64,000 nt of DNA from Callorhinchus milii (Eukaryota), in contig NW_024704743.1 of NCBI RefSeq assembly GCF_018977255.1, forward strand, positions 87,670,001 through 87,734,000, read 5' to 3'. A program made the translations under genes and the position numbers. This document shows positions 22,451-35,945 of the stretch, piece by piece. Position 1 is the stretch's first letter, and every line of letters starts with the position of its first letter. The notes beneath the pieces are model-generated. The model ran no database searches. It was not told where the DNA came from and saw only the letters and a program-made list of their open reading frames with translations.

Positions 22451-24479
22451 CAATGGATATACATGTTTCAGATGATAATTGTTTACGTTTTGAAGCATGG
22501 ATTGTACGAGCAATGATGAGTCATCAAACTGTTGTATTTGGAGCATTTCTAAAAAAGGGACTTAGCTCCTTTAAGAGTTGCTCACGCACATGAACTCTGT
22601 GGACCTCACCATGTTGACTGTAAGTCTCCCTGTGTTGATGTAGATCTACAGCTCTGATGGTGGCGTCAGTGGTATGGCACCAGCAGATTGAAAAGATTAT
22701 CTGCATGCAAACTCTTTAATTGCTTGAAAATGTCAGACTCTGTTAGTCTCCAGGAGACAATGTACATCAAACAGTCTGAACTGGAGGTAAACACGTTTGA
22801 TTTTGCAGAAATATAAATAGTTACATGTCTGTGGGCTGATGGGGATGTAACATGGTCTCAAATCTCCTGACCTGACAGTAGAGAACAATACTTTTAACAG
22901 AACCGTACATTTCCTGACATTTTACAGGAGTAAAGTGCTGTAAGCTGTATCAAGCAGTGACTAGATCCCTGCGTTCTAGCCTGGTTCTCAACCTAGAAAG
23001 CCTTGTGTAGTAGGAAGACACTGTTCAAAGTACTGGGTAGTAGGAGAGAGGGTGAGGTCACATAAACAGCTCTGGGTAATCACAAACTTTATTCAATTAT
23101 AGGAGTGAAAAATAATTCTCAAAAATTGTGGTCTAAGCAACTAATGATTGTCTAAGAATGTGAATACCCACCACCCCACCCCCCCACCACCCTCCATACA
23201 CACATACACCCAATGTAGCCTACATAGCACATTTATAACTTTAGTTTATTAATCTGTTCTGAAGCTGGTCTCAAAGCCACTAATGGCGATCTACAATTGT
23301 TGCCCTCTTGGTACACTTTAGAGAGGCACTTCACGGGATACTAACTTAATTCAGAATAATTCTGATCCCAGTGTAAAGGTACGTTGCATATCAGCACATC
23401 CCATTGATTCCCACTCATACTACTGTGCTGTTTTCACATCCAGTTGTGCCCAAGCCATAAAAGGAGTGTGAAATGCCTATTGTTTGAGTTTTATTAATTA
23501 ATGCTGAGCTTGTTCCATTGCAGAAGTCCATCTCTGCAATAAGTCTGCGAGGGTGTGAATCACTGATATTTGTGCCTAAACTGTAAGTGTTAGTTAAATA
23601 TTCTCTGCTGCTTTTACTGTATTTAGGTCAATTGTTGAATGAATGGGTTGTGGTAACAGTGAGAAGATTTGCAAATTAGAGTTCATAGAAATTCTGCTTC
23701 AAGTGTAAGATTTCTTGACAGTCTACTTATATATTTATCAGGAGCTGGCTGCACCAAACTGTGTCAAAAAGTGGTTAGGTTCTATTTTTTGATCTTTCTT
23801 AATCTGGAATTCTGTTTGTGGCAGAAATACACTGCACCAATGAGAGAAAAGTTAAATGGAAACAAATCAGTCTGTTTTACAAATGTGTTATGGCAGGAAT
23901 AACTGAAAATCTGTAATATTACAGTATCTGAGTGAGTATAGAGTAAAATATTCTCCATCTTTGATCCTCTCCTCTTTATTATGTATATGTTCCCACTTGG
24001 TGGCATCATCTGTAGACATGGGGTTGATTTCCACATATGCAGTGGAGGGAGGCCTCTTAATTCGAATGCAGTTAATTTTGGACAAAAATACCAGGTTCAA
24101 TTTGTTTCTACTGTAAATCTATTTAAAATATTCCAGTTTATTTGAACATTAATCCGGTTAATTCAGACAAAATACCACACTAGTGGTCACCGCTGCATGG
24201 TGCTTTTTGATAACCAACTAACTCGCGCATTCTGTGAAAATTAGCTCGCCTCTCTAAAATATTACAGTTAAAACATGCTGACAAAGGAGCGGTACCTTTG
24301 AGGATTTGCTAAACGTGGCCGCATGCGGAATCCACTTAAACCTCACGCACAGTGCATCATAAAAAAAACATAACTCCCATCCCTCGCAATTAATTTGTGT
24401 AAAAATCATGTCAAAGAAAGAGTCTCTAACGCTACCATGAAATAGTTGTGAGCATCAGAGAGAGATACGCTGTGCTAAT

Positions 24480-24675
24480 CTTGTGCAGTCCAACTTGAGA
24501 GAATTTTTTCGTTATAAAAAGTTTAAATTTTTTTCTTGAGATTTTGTACAACTTTTTTTCACTTCTTCACAAAACTAACCTTGTGCAGTCGGACTTGAGA
24601 GAATGTTTTATTGAAATAGTTTATATTTTGGTAACTTGAGATTTTGTAAACAAATTTCAGTTTTTTCACTTTACT
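24480..24675 (+). repeat. About 100-bp diverged tandem duplication
   Basis: CTTGTGCAGTC..ACTTGAGAGAAT...CTTGAGATTTTGTA...TTTTTTCACTT occurs twice. Confidence 0.8.
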
Positions 24676-25039
24676 TTGGGAAACTTGTTCACTTGGAAAA
24701 TGAAACTAGTAAATAACATGCAATAAAAATACAACACTACTGTCTGGGGGAAAAAAGAGTACTGTACAGCACTTAAATTTATAAATCACCCTTTTTTGCT
24801 TGCAAATGATCACTGAGCACTCTTTTCAGGCTTGATATAGACACCAGGAGTCCTGTAATTGGTATTGTAATATGTCTTGCAATGAAGAAACCTGGGTGCT
24901 GTTTAATGTATTGACTTCAGATAACTTTGGATGCTGGTTAAGTCGGACAAAATGCTATGCCCCAACATGTTTGAATAAAGCAGCCTCCGCTGTGGGTGGT
25001 TGAACCCACTCTATGTCTCTGCCTCCACCCTTGACTTGC

Positions 25040-25385
25040 GTTCTGACTGATTACCTGTCTCACTGCTGTTCTGACCGATTGTCTGTCAGACATCAAACCC
25101 TAGAATGAGCTCTAACTTTCTTCAGTTGAATGTTGACAAGACAGAGGCTCTCCCACTTGACTCTCATCAGTATCTTCTCACCCCAGGCACTGACAGCATG
25201 AATCTGCATGGATGAGCACTCCACCTCGTGTTGTTGGTGTAGAATCTCACTGCAATTATTTATTTAATATAAAACAACTATCAAATAAGTATAGTTGAAG
25301 GAGGTCATGGAGGTAAAGTAGGGTGAGACTAAGGAGGGATTTAAATGTGAGAACGAGGATCTTGAATTCACTCCACTGAGGGAGC
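25040..25385. mobile_element. Old L2 ORF2 remnants
   Basis: LTDCLSDIK..MSSNFLQLNVDKTEA on +, and a further fragment on - near 25300-25385. Confidence 0.6.
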
Positions 25386-25424
25386 ATTGACTCGTTTTCT
25401 TAGGGGGTATATTTTTATGATTTA

Positions 25425-25583
25425 ATAATAATCCTTGAATTTGTTATAGCACCTTATCACGTCTTCAAGACGTCTCAAAATGTTTCACAGAATATACAGT
25501 AAAGTGAATTTTCTCTATGTTTTATGGGCGAAACATGGCTGCCAACTGCGCACAGCAGTGTCCCACAAACAGTCGTGGATTGA
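25425..25583 (-). mobile_element. SINE type A 3' fragment
   Basis: GACGTCTTGAAGACGT-type tail. Confidence 0.8.
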
Positions 25584-26159
25584 AGTTTTCTTTTCTCTGA
25601 AAGACAAAAAAAGTAAGTGGAATAATGAGATTTATTGTCGTGGAAATTGTTCAGAGTGTTTACTTAAACTCTCAGTATTCTTCCTATCACTTAAAATGCT
25701 TCATATGTGGTCTGACTGTCTAGGGGTACAATTAAACCTACTGCAAATGTCACTGATGTAGCAGAGCACGGTCCTGGGGAAATAAGATGACTTGTGAATC
25801 ATTCAGATAGCAAGGAAAGCAGCTGATTTTCTTGATAAATGGCAGTTCAGAGGTGCCCATCTCTGATCTAATTAGAATTGTTTTAAATAAAGTCCTGACT
25901 TGCAATTTTTTTTTGGAAGGTTTTTATTTTTGTCTAACTGTATCTGAGGAAACCAAAATTATACAATGTGTTTTGTTGTGAGCCGTTTAGCACAGTGGTG
26001 ATGCACAAGCTGCCCCTTCCCTCTTTTTTCTCCTTGATTCTGTACAAAGGCTGTAATTAAGTATAAATTATGTCCCTGTATGAATTGCTTCACCCCAGTT
26101 GCTTTGTTATTGAACATTATTTTGAATGCTACATTGACTGGCTGCGTGCTCTTGAGCAT

Positions 26160-26492
26160 GCACACGCAATAACACACAGACACTAACGCACGCAATCTTG
26201 TACATACTAACATACACACGAACAGTCCTGCACTCACACACCTTCCTGCACTCACACACTCTCACACAATCATACACACAAATGTTCTCACACACAACTG
26301 GCGCAAACCGTTACATACACACGTGTGCACACAATTATATACACAGTCACGCTCACTCAATCACACACACACTCAAACATTCTCACTCAATCATACATGC
26401 TCACACACTCATTAATTCACACTTACAAACAGACAATACACCATACACTTACACTTGTACACACTCACTCACAGTGACACATACTCACACTA
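26160..26492. repeat. Degenerate (CA)-rich low-complexity tract
   Basis: CACACA/CACTCA-rich tract. Explains the His/Thr-rich and Val/Cys-rich ORFs here. Confidence 0.9.
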
Positions 26493-26498
26493 TCAAAC

Positions 26499-26880
26499 AG
26501 TCCTGTAGCTCATTGGTTAGACCACTCGCCTCGCAAGCGAGAGACCTGGGTTCGATTCCTGGCTTGGCAAAACGTTGGACAAGTTTCCTTACTCCACACA
26601 CCTGTTTACCTAGCAGTGAGTGGGAACCCGGTTGTTAGTCAATTGACAATCGCTTTTCCAGGGGTAATAATTCCTTCAAAAGTTTTTTTAAAAAATTAAT
26701 ACATTGGTCACTCAATCCACGACTCTTTGTGGGAGACTGCTGCACACAATTGGCTGCCCCATTTCGCCCACAAAATATACATTCAAATCACTTCACGGTA
26801 TATTTTGTGACGTGCTTTGAGACGTCTCCAAGATGTGATAAGGTGCAAAATCAAATGGAAGGATTATCATTGGTATTATT
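26499..26880 (+). mobile_element. SINE type A, full length
   Basis: AGTCCTGTAGCTCATTGGTTAGACC...GGTTCGATTCC head, linker and tail. Confidence 0.88.
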
Positions 26881-28799
26881 TGTATAAGAACATTGGTATC
26901 ACTGTTCTTTTAAGTGTGTCCAACCCAAATCAGTACAGGCTAGGAGAGAAGATAATATGTGAGAGAGACACGTCTTTACCCAGAGAGTCACTGTTACAGG
27001 TGGTGTGTTATACAGCGGGCTACAGGAGAGGTTACTATTTACAGAACTAACCGCTGCTACAGACATAAATCATCTCTCCTCAGCCTCACATTGAGTAATT
27101 GTGCCCCAGAGACCAATTTTCTGCAGAAAGTGCCCCACAAATCCTCAGCAGTCCCCTGAGATACTCATTGTCATCATATTGACTGTGTTTTATTTATTCG
27201 CTTTTTGAACGGGCCAGGGGACCCCCAGGATAGACCAATAAAATGGATTGTACATAATTGACAAGGGCTGAGGAAACTGAATAGCTGCAGTCTTGGTGTG
27301 CAGCACAAAAGGTGACAACAATGGTGTAGTCTATTTGCGTCTGTTTACAGAGGATAATCTGTTGTTTTGTGCTAAACTTTGACCACCCTATGGCTCTTCA
27401 CCCTCCTTTCTTACCAGAAAATGACAGCCATAACTTTTTCACCTTGTGAATTATTGCTCTTACAGAATCGTCAGTATTCCGTGATTTTCCTCAGTGATAT
27501 ATTCCCACTGGCACTTTCAGAATGGACTATATTTGCCAGACAGCAATGCCCTATTAAACATTAGATCAGTCCCTGTAGGTAAGTGGCAGTCCTGCATCGG
27601 AGGAAACCTATAGAAGCAGCAGATTTAAATGGCTGAATCCATATAAATTGCCATTAGACATTATTTACTAGGCTTGACAGTAATTCAACGAGGTAACAGA
27701 CTGAAGGAGCCAACATGCTTATCATATATAGATTTGCTCCATACAACCTGATTTCTCTGGGGCGTGCTTTATATTCACGTGCCACAAAAATATAGACAGA
27801 GCACTGGTGTCAGGCTAAGATTGACCTTAAGGGGAGAATTATCCTCTCATTGGGGAGGTTATAGGCAGGTGCCAATGACACATTCGTCAGAAGGAGGCTG
27901 CTGTCAGAGCCTTTGTGCCTCCATGTGGATGGCCAAGTCAATTTCCCATTGTACCACATACTGTATTTCTTGCAGTCCAAACTGGTCCCATGTTTTCAGG
28001 TTCCTGAATATTTCTGCAGGTCTGGTTGCCAGTTGCAGTCATGTACAATAACCTTTTTGGGTTTATTCACAGGATCCTGGCCTAACTCAAGTGGTACTAG
28101 GCCACTACACCCTGAATAAGCTCAAAAGAGGTTGTTTCCAAGGGATTGAAAATAATTTCCTTTTAGCATGAATTCCAGATGGTGGCATGCATGTTTTCTC
28201 AGCTGGGTTTGGGTGATTTTCTGACTTCAAAAACACATTTCAACACTATTCCTTAATCAAGGAACGGATTGTGTTTCGTGATAGTGTAATTTTCACCCCA
28301 CTAATTAAATTATGAAAACTGATATTTTCATTTTGAATTCCAAAACCATTTCCCCATGTAATGACTTGCCCTACTTTAAGATATCTAAAGTATAGTATAA
28401 GGTTGGAGGCAAATCTTGTAGTTTGTTTAGCCAGGATTATTTTTGTGTAATTCCCCCCTCCCACCTTCCACACCAAAAACATCATGTGAATTTCACTAAA
28501 TGATTGTGCTTGCAGACTGCTACACTTCAGGGGCAAGTAGGCAGAGCTCACTAATTGGTCCATTTTAAGCTCATGAAACTGACTTGATATTGACAAAGAC
28601 ATCATGGGAAAAGAGGATGCTGCAGTCTTGATTACTGCTGTGGCATCAAACTGTTTTTATGGATTTATTGCAGACAGCAGCTATTACTGTAGTAGTCTTC
28701 TCTTTTTACACCTATCATATTTTGTTTACCCGCTATAAATCCTACCACAGCCTGTCACAGTCGCAATCATATAATGACTGATCTGGCTGTGTTTTCGGT

Positions 28800-28920
28800 C
28801 ATCTTTCCCCTCCACATCCCCCTCGGCTCCCTCCCTAGCTAGGGTACCCGCCAGCACTGTGAATGTCCTTTGGCATGTGCTTCCAACGTGAAAGGTGCCA
28901 TATAAATGGCAATTATATTG
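28800..28920 (+). mobile_element. L2 3' tail fragment
   Basis: CCAACGTGAAAGGTGCCATATAAATG tail. Confidence 0.6.
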
Positions 28921-29624
28921 CCTGGGAGTCATTGTCATTGATACCAGTGGATAATATGTAATGGTTACCTTCAAATACCTTCAAGCGCTGTTTCTTGGTT
29001 TGGGGAGGGGTGGGGGAGAGAATTCTTTCAGTGAATGTTTCCTTCAAGACAAACTTTATTATAGTAACCTTGGCGTGTTCAAAATTTTGCCACTTTGCTT
29101 TCTGGGCATTTTCTCTTCCATATTTGGAACAGTTTGCGGGAAAATGAAGTCAGCATGAACCTGAACACTAAATCAGAAGTAGTCAATGGTTTGACTGATT
29201 TTTAGATTTATTTGTAAATATCATCATTTGGAGCACCGTGAGTTCACATCCACCTGTCTCTGTATAAAAATAAATAGCACCATCCCAGGTGCACAACAAG
29301 ACAGATGTAAGGTGACATTTGCCATGCTGACTGCTTGTTTGTGAGGAGGTAACCAGCTTCCCTGATTGCTCTGGGAGCCAGGGGTCTCAGTGGGTGCATG
29401 TTTCACCTTCTAGCAGTCAGCAGGGTTAGGGAAGGAGGGAGGTGCTGTTTCATAGAAAATAAATTTCCAGTTCAAAAGGAGGCCATTTAGCCCATCCTAT
29501 CTTTGCCACTGCTGTTTTCCAAAGTCGATCCCTTTGTACCAATATCATTGAGAGGCTGGACAATATGTTTCAGGCCTTCGAAGGCAAAGCTAAAATAAGG
29601 CAATAATACTGAAAGCTCATTTTC

Positions 29625-29985
29625 TGCAGTACCTTCCGTGTTGGGTTTCCAGCATTGCAGTGACAACATCCTTCAAGCTTAATCTCAGGGGAGCACTTCC
29701 TTCTATGCCAGTGTCAGCACAACACATTTCTATTTCTCACACTGTCTGTCCTTATGGCTTCTCAGAGATGCATTTCCTAATTAGTGTCAATTACTGCCGA
29801 ATTCAAGGGCAGAGTTGTGCAGTGGATTCCAGCACTGGGGGCTGGGTTGTGAGTAAGAAATGCCCAAACAGATTTTACTTCAAAATCCTCAGCAACATCA
29901 GGACAAGGTGACATTCCATCTGCCTAACCCAGGTCTGAAACCAGTTCCCACGGGTCAGAGGATTGCTTTACAACACACATTGCTC
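29625..29985 (-). mobile_element. Ancient LF-SINE-like element, near full length and highly diverged
   Basis: Minus-strand blocks TGGGAACTGGTTTCAGACC, GTAAAATCTGTTTGGGCA..CAACCCAGCCCCCAGTG, GGCAGTAATTGACAC and GAGAAGCCATAAGGAC are collinear with my recalled LF-SINE consensus. Confidence 0.5.
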
Positions 29986-30149
29986 AACTGTACCCACTGA
30001 AATGCAAATTGTATGGATTTTATATTGCGCAGGTTAATTTTAAAGAAACCGCACAATGTAAAATCTTGTGCCTTTCTGTTACTGACTCTCGTAGGATTAT
30101 CTATCTAATATCTTTATATGGGTATCTTGATTTGTTGTTCGAAAGAGTG

Positions 30150-30800
30150 AAATAAGGATGGTGTTTGCCTACAAGATAAGCAGTAATTACACATCTCAGT
30201 AAATACTGTGAAGTGCTTTGAGATGTCCTCCTGATATGAAAGGCGTTATATCAAATACAAGCATTATTAATTTTTTTGAAGGAATGAAGGAAAAAGAACT
30301 AATGTAGTATTTATAGTGCCTAATTATTTCAAAATAGCTCAAAGTGTTTCATAGCAGTTACTGTATTGTAATTAATTAATGTAGTGACTGGTTTTGTAGG
30401 CAACCATGGCAGCCAGCAAAATCCCACAAAACAGCCACGAGGTGAATGCCCAACCTGCAAATGTAATATAAACAGTAGTCTCCTTATCTATGTAGGATAA
30501 TGTGTCGGAGCATTTTTCAAAGATAGGGTCAAACCCTGAAGCAGGGGAGAGAGGGTGATCATGGGCGCAGTCGCAAAGTTAGTTTATAAACACATTTGTG
30601 GACAAGTTCTGCTTGAGGAATATGCCAACCTCAAACACACAACTTGTAAGCTGCCAGAGCCCGTTAACATTGTACCAGACTATAATAATAATAACAATCA
30701 TCATTGCATTTGATATAACGCCTTATCACGTCTTTGAAACGTCTCAAAGCGCTTCGCAGAATATACTATAAAGTGAATTTACTGAGTATTTTGTGGGCGG
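30150..30800. mobile_element. Three SINE 3' fragments (+ 30150-30270, - 30300-30450, - 30685-30800)
   Basis: Shared SINE tail motifs. Confidence 0.7.
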
Positions 30801-31479
30801 AATATCGACTATGGAAGTGAATCTCCATCAATTGGAAAGTTTACCTAATATAGAGGTAAAAAAAATAACATTTCAAAATATACTTATGTGATCACATTAA
30901 CAGATATAATTTGATGTTCCTCCTTAGGGATTGTTAACTTGTGCCATGCCACAGTACCATTTTAAAATTTCTAGATTTTTTAATTAAAACCTAGAAAAAC
31001 ATCTCCCAAATTTTAGCTGGGTATTTCTCAAACAATTAGTGCTGTTGTCCTGACAATGTGCCTATTCTAATTTCTGCTACTTGGTTACAGATTCCAGTTA
31101 ATTTGAAAATACATTTGTCTGTCCATAAACAAAGTAAAATAGAATTATCACACTGAAGGAACAGAAATGGATTGTGGTTCAGAGGAACAGCCCAGCCAGT
31201 TGCCCACAGCTTAATTAGCTTCCCTATTGTTTTATTAACACGTGGTATGGACGTTACTGCGAACATTTCAGAAGCGCTCATTAAAATAATGAGCTGCTGA
31301 AACAATCATGAGAAAAATTGTCTTTTTTTTGCAATTATGATATTTTGAAATAATAAACTGAAGTATTTTCTTCAGGGATAGATTTTTTTTGTGCTTGTCC
31401 TGATCACAAGAAGGATTGTATAGAGTACATTAATAACAGAGGAGACTAGTGAACTGGCAGAGATAAAGATATGATATAT

Positions 31480-31845
31480 AGTTACGTAGCGTTTTTCACT
31501 TTGGGAGGACATCTCAAAGCACTTGACACTGCTGGCTGGGCACCTGGTCTGTGCGAGGAAGCCTGAGGGAGTGAGAGACGGAGCAGGTGAGGAGGGGAAA
31601 GATGACCGAAAGCTAGGTCAAAGAGATACATTTTAAGATATACCTTCAACAAGGTAAATCAGGGATTGAGTTCCAGACAAAGACATTTGTAAATAATAAT
31701 ACTTGCATTTGTTACAGCAACTTTCTAATGCGGAGGATGTCTCAAAATGGTTCACCTTACTGTAAAGTGCAGTGGCTGTGTATTCTTTTGGCAGCAGCCA
31801 ATTTTCTCATAGTAATTACCCACAAACCATAAAGTGAATGACAAA
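31480..31845 (-). mobile_element. L2 3' fragment (31480-31680) and SINE 3' fragment (31693-31845)
   Basis: Tail stem-loop remnants and bodies. Confidence 0.65.
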
Positions 31846-32354
31846 TAAACTCAACAGTTTGCACATTAAGTTTAGTAACTTACTGACCTGCAAAGAATCA
31901 CCCCCAGTGTGTTCACATCCTGAAAATCCTCCTTCAGCACTAAGGTTTCCACCAGTCTGTGTAACCTGGAATTTACAGGATTTAAACAACTTAAATCACA
32001 CTTTATTACTGCAACATCTGAAAAAATCATGTCTAGATTTTGGTGTTGTATCTACTCATAATTTTTCGAGACGTTCAGTTTTAAAATCCACTATCAAGAT
32101 AATTGTTATATTTTAATTTTAGAGGTCACAGATTACCTTAATTTACGCGAAGTGTGGTGCAGTTCAAATAGTTGAAACGATGTCGAGTTGCTATTTTGAC
32201 GTTAATTGATTGTAATATATTCAGGCTATGCTGTTCCTGGTAACATGCTGAAATAAATCTGAATAACAATGAAGTTCAAATGTTACAGTACAGTCCAATG
32301 CTGCACTTTTCCTGCATTTCTCTGCGCTATAATCTAGGGATCCGAGTAGGCCTG

Positions 32355-33125
32355 TTAGGCTGGCTCAAATGATAACTCTCTTGATTCTGAGTCAGAAGGT
32401 TTCGGGTTCAAGTCCCACGTCGTGTCATGGAACTCATATAGTTTACATTGACACTCCAATGCAGTGGGGGGGAGGGGGATTTGCTGCATTTTTGGAGGTG
32501 CTGCCTTTCAGATGAGACATTAAACCATGATGCTGTTTGTCTCTTCAGGTGAACACGAAGGATCTCATGGCACTATTCGATGAGAAGGGAATTTCTCCTA
32601 ATGTCCTGACTGGAAAAATCCCCTAAATAAAATTGGTCATTCACTTTATAATAATAATAATAATAATAATCCTTGCATTTGATATAGCGCTTTTCACGTC
32701 GGGAGGACGTCCCAAAGCGCTTCACAGAACACACTGTAAAGTGAATTGACTGTATATTTGTGGGCGAACGCGGCAGCCAATTGCGCACAGTAATGTCCCA
32801 CAAACAGCCGTAGATTGAAAATGACCAATTTAATTATTGTTTTTGGTTTTTGGAGGGATTATTATTAGGCGTGTGGAGTAAGGAAACTTGCCCAAGGTTT
32901 CGCCCTGACCTGCCTGGAATTGAACTCAGGTCTCTCACTTGCAAAGCGAGTGCTCTAACCACTGAGCTACAGGACTCCACGATGATCCAAACTTATGATT
33001 GTGGGAAAATTGGCTACCACGTTAACCAACAAAATACACACACTCCATTTTATCGTATATCCTGTGAAGCACTTTAAGATGCCCTCTCGACATGAAAGGC
33101 ATTATATCAAATGTGAGGATTAATT
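32355..33125 (+). mobile_element. Deu-domain SINE interrupted by a full-length type B SINE
   Basis: Head CTGAGTCAGAAGGTTTCGGGTTCAAGTCCCAC, Deu core, resumes at about 32993. Confidence 0.8.
32648..32980 (-). mobile_element. SINE type B, full length, young
   Basis: GTGGAGTCCTGTAGCTCAGTGGTTAGAGCACTCGCTTTGCAAG head, intact A/B boxes, (ATT)n tail. Confidence 0.93.
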
Positions 33126-33827
33126 AGTATTTTCATTTCCATCCCTATCCTTAGCATAATGATTGAGGTGATGGTATCTCCATTATTTTCTTGCTCCCAG
33201 TTATGGTGATCAGTTAGAAATAAGATAACAACTTAATTCAATCAATGAGACTGAAAAGTAAACGCTGGGGAGGAGAAAACAGACTTGTGTTGATTTTAGC
33301 AATATCCAAGATGGCGCTGAACTTTGTGGGACATCGATGTTCAGACCAAACCATGTTGCTGAAAGGGAGTGGAGTCAGAGTCAGGGTTCATTCAATCCGT
33401 TATCTGTCTTTATAACAGATTCAATGTGATTAATGTTAAGCTTGTTCAATTTCTTTTTCTTTATTGAAATGACTTTGTTAAAATGGGTTTTGAATGACAT
33501 TAGCGTAATATCCAAATTAGGATGAAGAGCCCTGGGCTTCATGGATTCCACTCGCAGGCACCATTCTCAAGTCTCAACAACAGCATCTTGCATTTATATA
33601 CCACCCTTCATGCAGGAGAGCACTTTGATCCTCAGGGACCAAGAAAAGCGTTTCCATACTTATTTGGGGGAAACATGAATCTGAGTGACTGAGCACAGAG
33701 AAGCCATTTTCCACTCTAACAAATGCCATAGGAGATCTCACTGAAATCTTCGAGCCCAGTCATTTCTAGCTTCCTTATGTCGGGTAGGTCCATGCAGCAG
33801 CCACTAGCTGCTCCCTGTATATTAAAA

Positions 33828-34450
33828 CAACAACAACAAATTACATTTGTATCGTGCCTTTCACGTCGGGAGGACGTCCCTTGAACAGTCAGAGATTTGC
33901 ACCCAAGCAGGGGTTTGGGATCAGGGGGTTTGGAGAGCAGGGAGGCTAGAGGTAGGAGGGTAGCCGATGGTGGGGTTGCAAATAAAGATATTTAAGCAGT
34001 TTTTGAAGATCGATAGAGAGGAATGGGATCGAGGGGTTGAAGGAGGAAGTTCCAGAGGGTGGAGACATATTAGGGACTTGAAACTCACATAGTCTAAGGT
34101 GACACTCCAACATAGTAGTAGGTATATGTGCTGCATTGTTGGAACTGCCACCCTTCGTATATGATGTTAAAACCAAGCTCTCTTCTTCCTGTCCAATGGA
34201 CGTTAAAGATCCCATGGCAGAATTCAAAAACAACAGAGTTTTTCTCAGTCTCCTGGCCAACAATCCCCCAAATAAAATTGATCACTCACTTCATTGTTGT
34301 TTGTGGGACATTGCTATGTGCAAATTGGCTGATACATTTTGATCAAAAGCACAAAGTCACTGCACTTTATAGTCTATCCTGTGAAATGCTTTGAGATGTC
34401 CTCCCAACATGAAAGGCATTATACTAAATGTAAGGATTATAATTATTATT
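33828..34450. mobile_element. L2 3' fragment (-) 33828-34065 abutting a Deu-SINE (+) 34070-34450
   Basis: (AAC)n tail with GGGAGGACGTCCC. Deu core TTAAAGATCCCATGGCA. Confidence 0.8.
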
Positions 34451-35246
34451 GGAGGAAGGAATCCACAATTACTCAGATTCGTTATTAAGGAATCCTATTA
34501 GAAATCATTACTTATTGGATCCTAATGTGATCCCATCATTCCAGGCTTCTGTGATTCCACTGCAGTCTGCTTTACATGTGACAGAAAGAAAGAATATCTG
34601 TATGTGTGTGTGTGGGTGGGGGAGGGGTGGGGAGTGTCAGTCACTATCAGAACCCAATGTCATTCAAAAGCTCCAGTGCTCAGTCATGGACTAATGATTG
34701 AGTGGTGGTAATTTATTGGTAAATAATTCACGCCACCATTAGGCTCAGAACAAGGTAACCTGAGTGCCTCAGCTAATATACTGAGGATATTTATCACTAT
34801 TACTTCACACCTTAAAGACCACTTTCATAGATCTATGCCTACGATTTGACTTTACGATTTTGTTTTAATTTCTCTACCATTCCTCAGGCTTGAGCTCACT
34901 TCAACAAATCATATTTCAATAGGCCAACCTGGCCATTCTATGTTATTAATCCATACAAATATGGAGTTTTAAAATCAATCCAAATCTAACCTAAAGGAAT
35001 TGTGCATAGTTGAATCAACTCACATTGAATATTATGTTGTTTCTGTGCATAGAACATTAACAATGTCATTTTGTTTTTCTGAGTATATCAGCCAGTTGTG
35101 AATTTGTTTAATATTTCAGTCTTTTGGCCAAATATTAGTATCACAATTTCAAGTCTAAACAGTGTCGGAGAGACAAACCATATTTTGTGGTTTGAATAGA
35201 CTTTGACCTCAGTATTATTTGAAATAACAAGTCAATTTATTTATTA

Positions 35247-35510
35247 TTAATAATAATCCTCGAATTTGATATAATGCCTTATTGTGTTGTCAAGACATCT
35301 CAAAGCACTTCACCCAAGTTAAAGTAAAGTGGAGTGACAGTGTATTTATAAACAAATGTGCAGCCAATTTGCACCCATAAATGTCCCCAAAACAGACGTG
35401 AAGTAAATGACCAGCTTTTTATCAGAAGGTTTGTTAACCAGGGCACAGGGAGAAATTCCTGTTTTCGAATAGTGCAAAGGGATCTTTAATATTCATCTGA
35501 ATAGGCAGGT
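35247..35510 (-). mobile_element. Deu-SINE 3' part
   Basis: GAATAGTGCAAAGGGATCTTTAA plus tail. Confidence 0.7.
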
Positions 35511-35699
35511 GTTTGAAGGCATAAATGGCTGGCTTTGGACTGGGGGTATCCAACAGTTGGTTTTATTATGCTAGGTTACCAGATGATAACCTTACAAAAG
35601 ACTCAGGCCAGTGAGGCCGGTTCATCATCACCTGTGTGGTGCCCTGCTCAAGCAACTGCAGTCGCCAAAGAACCAATAAGTGAGACGTACATTTGAAGG

Positions 35700-35945
35700 A
35701 ACATAGGTAAACAGGAACAAGAAAAGGTTAATCAGCCCATTGAGCCTGTTCCACCAGTTTATTGCATTTTAGTAGATCATTTCATCTCACTGGTCCACCT
35801 TTTGATCTCATCCCTTTATATCTCTGCTAGTTAAGTATCTTTTAAACAACTCTTTTGATTCTGCTTCAACCACTTTCTGGAGCAGAGCATTCCATATCTT
35901 CAAAGCCCTCTGTGTGAAGAAACACCTACTGACCTCAGTTCTAAC
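35700..35945 (-). mobile_element. Old CR1 3' remnant
   Basis: Antisense TQRA..IWNALLQKVVEAES-like text and CR1 tail. Confidence 0.6.

Noticed and set aside
26198..26638. His/Thr-rich 146-aa ORF
   Set aside because: Translation of a (CA)-rich tract running into a SINE head.
32908..32980. tRNA-Ala(TGC)-like sequences here and at about 1665, 4550, 26500, 42690, 48976 and 61275
   Set aside because: They are SINE heads that continue into the SINE body or tail and lack a proper acceptor stem, so they are not tRNA genes.
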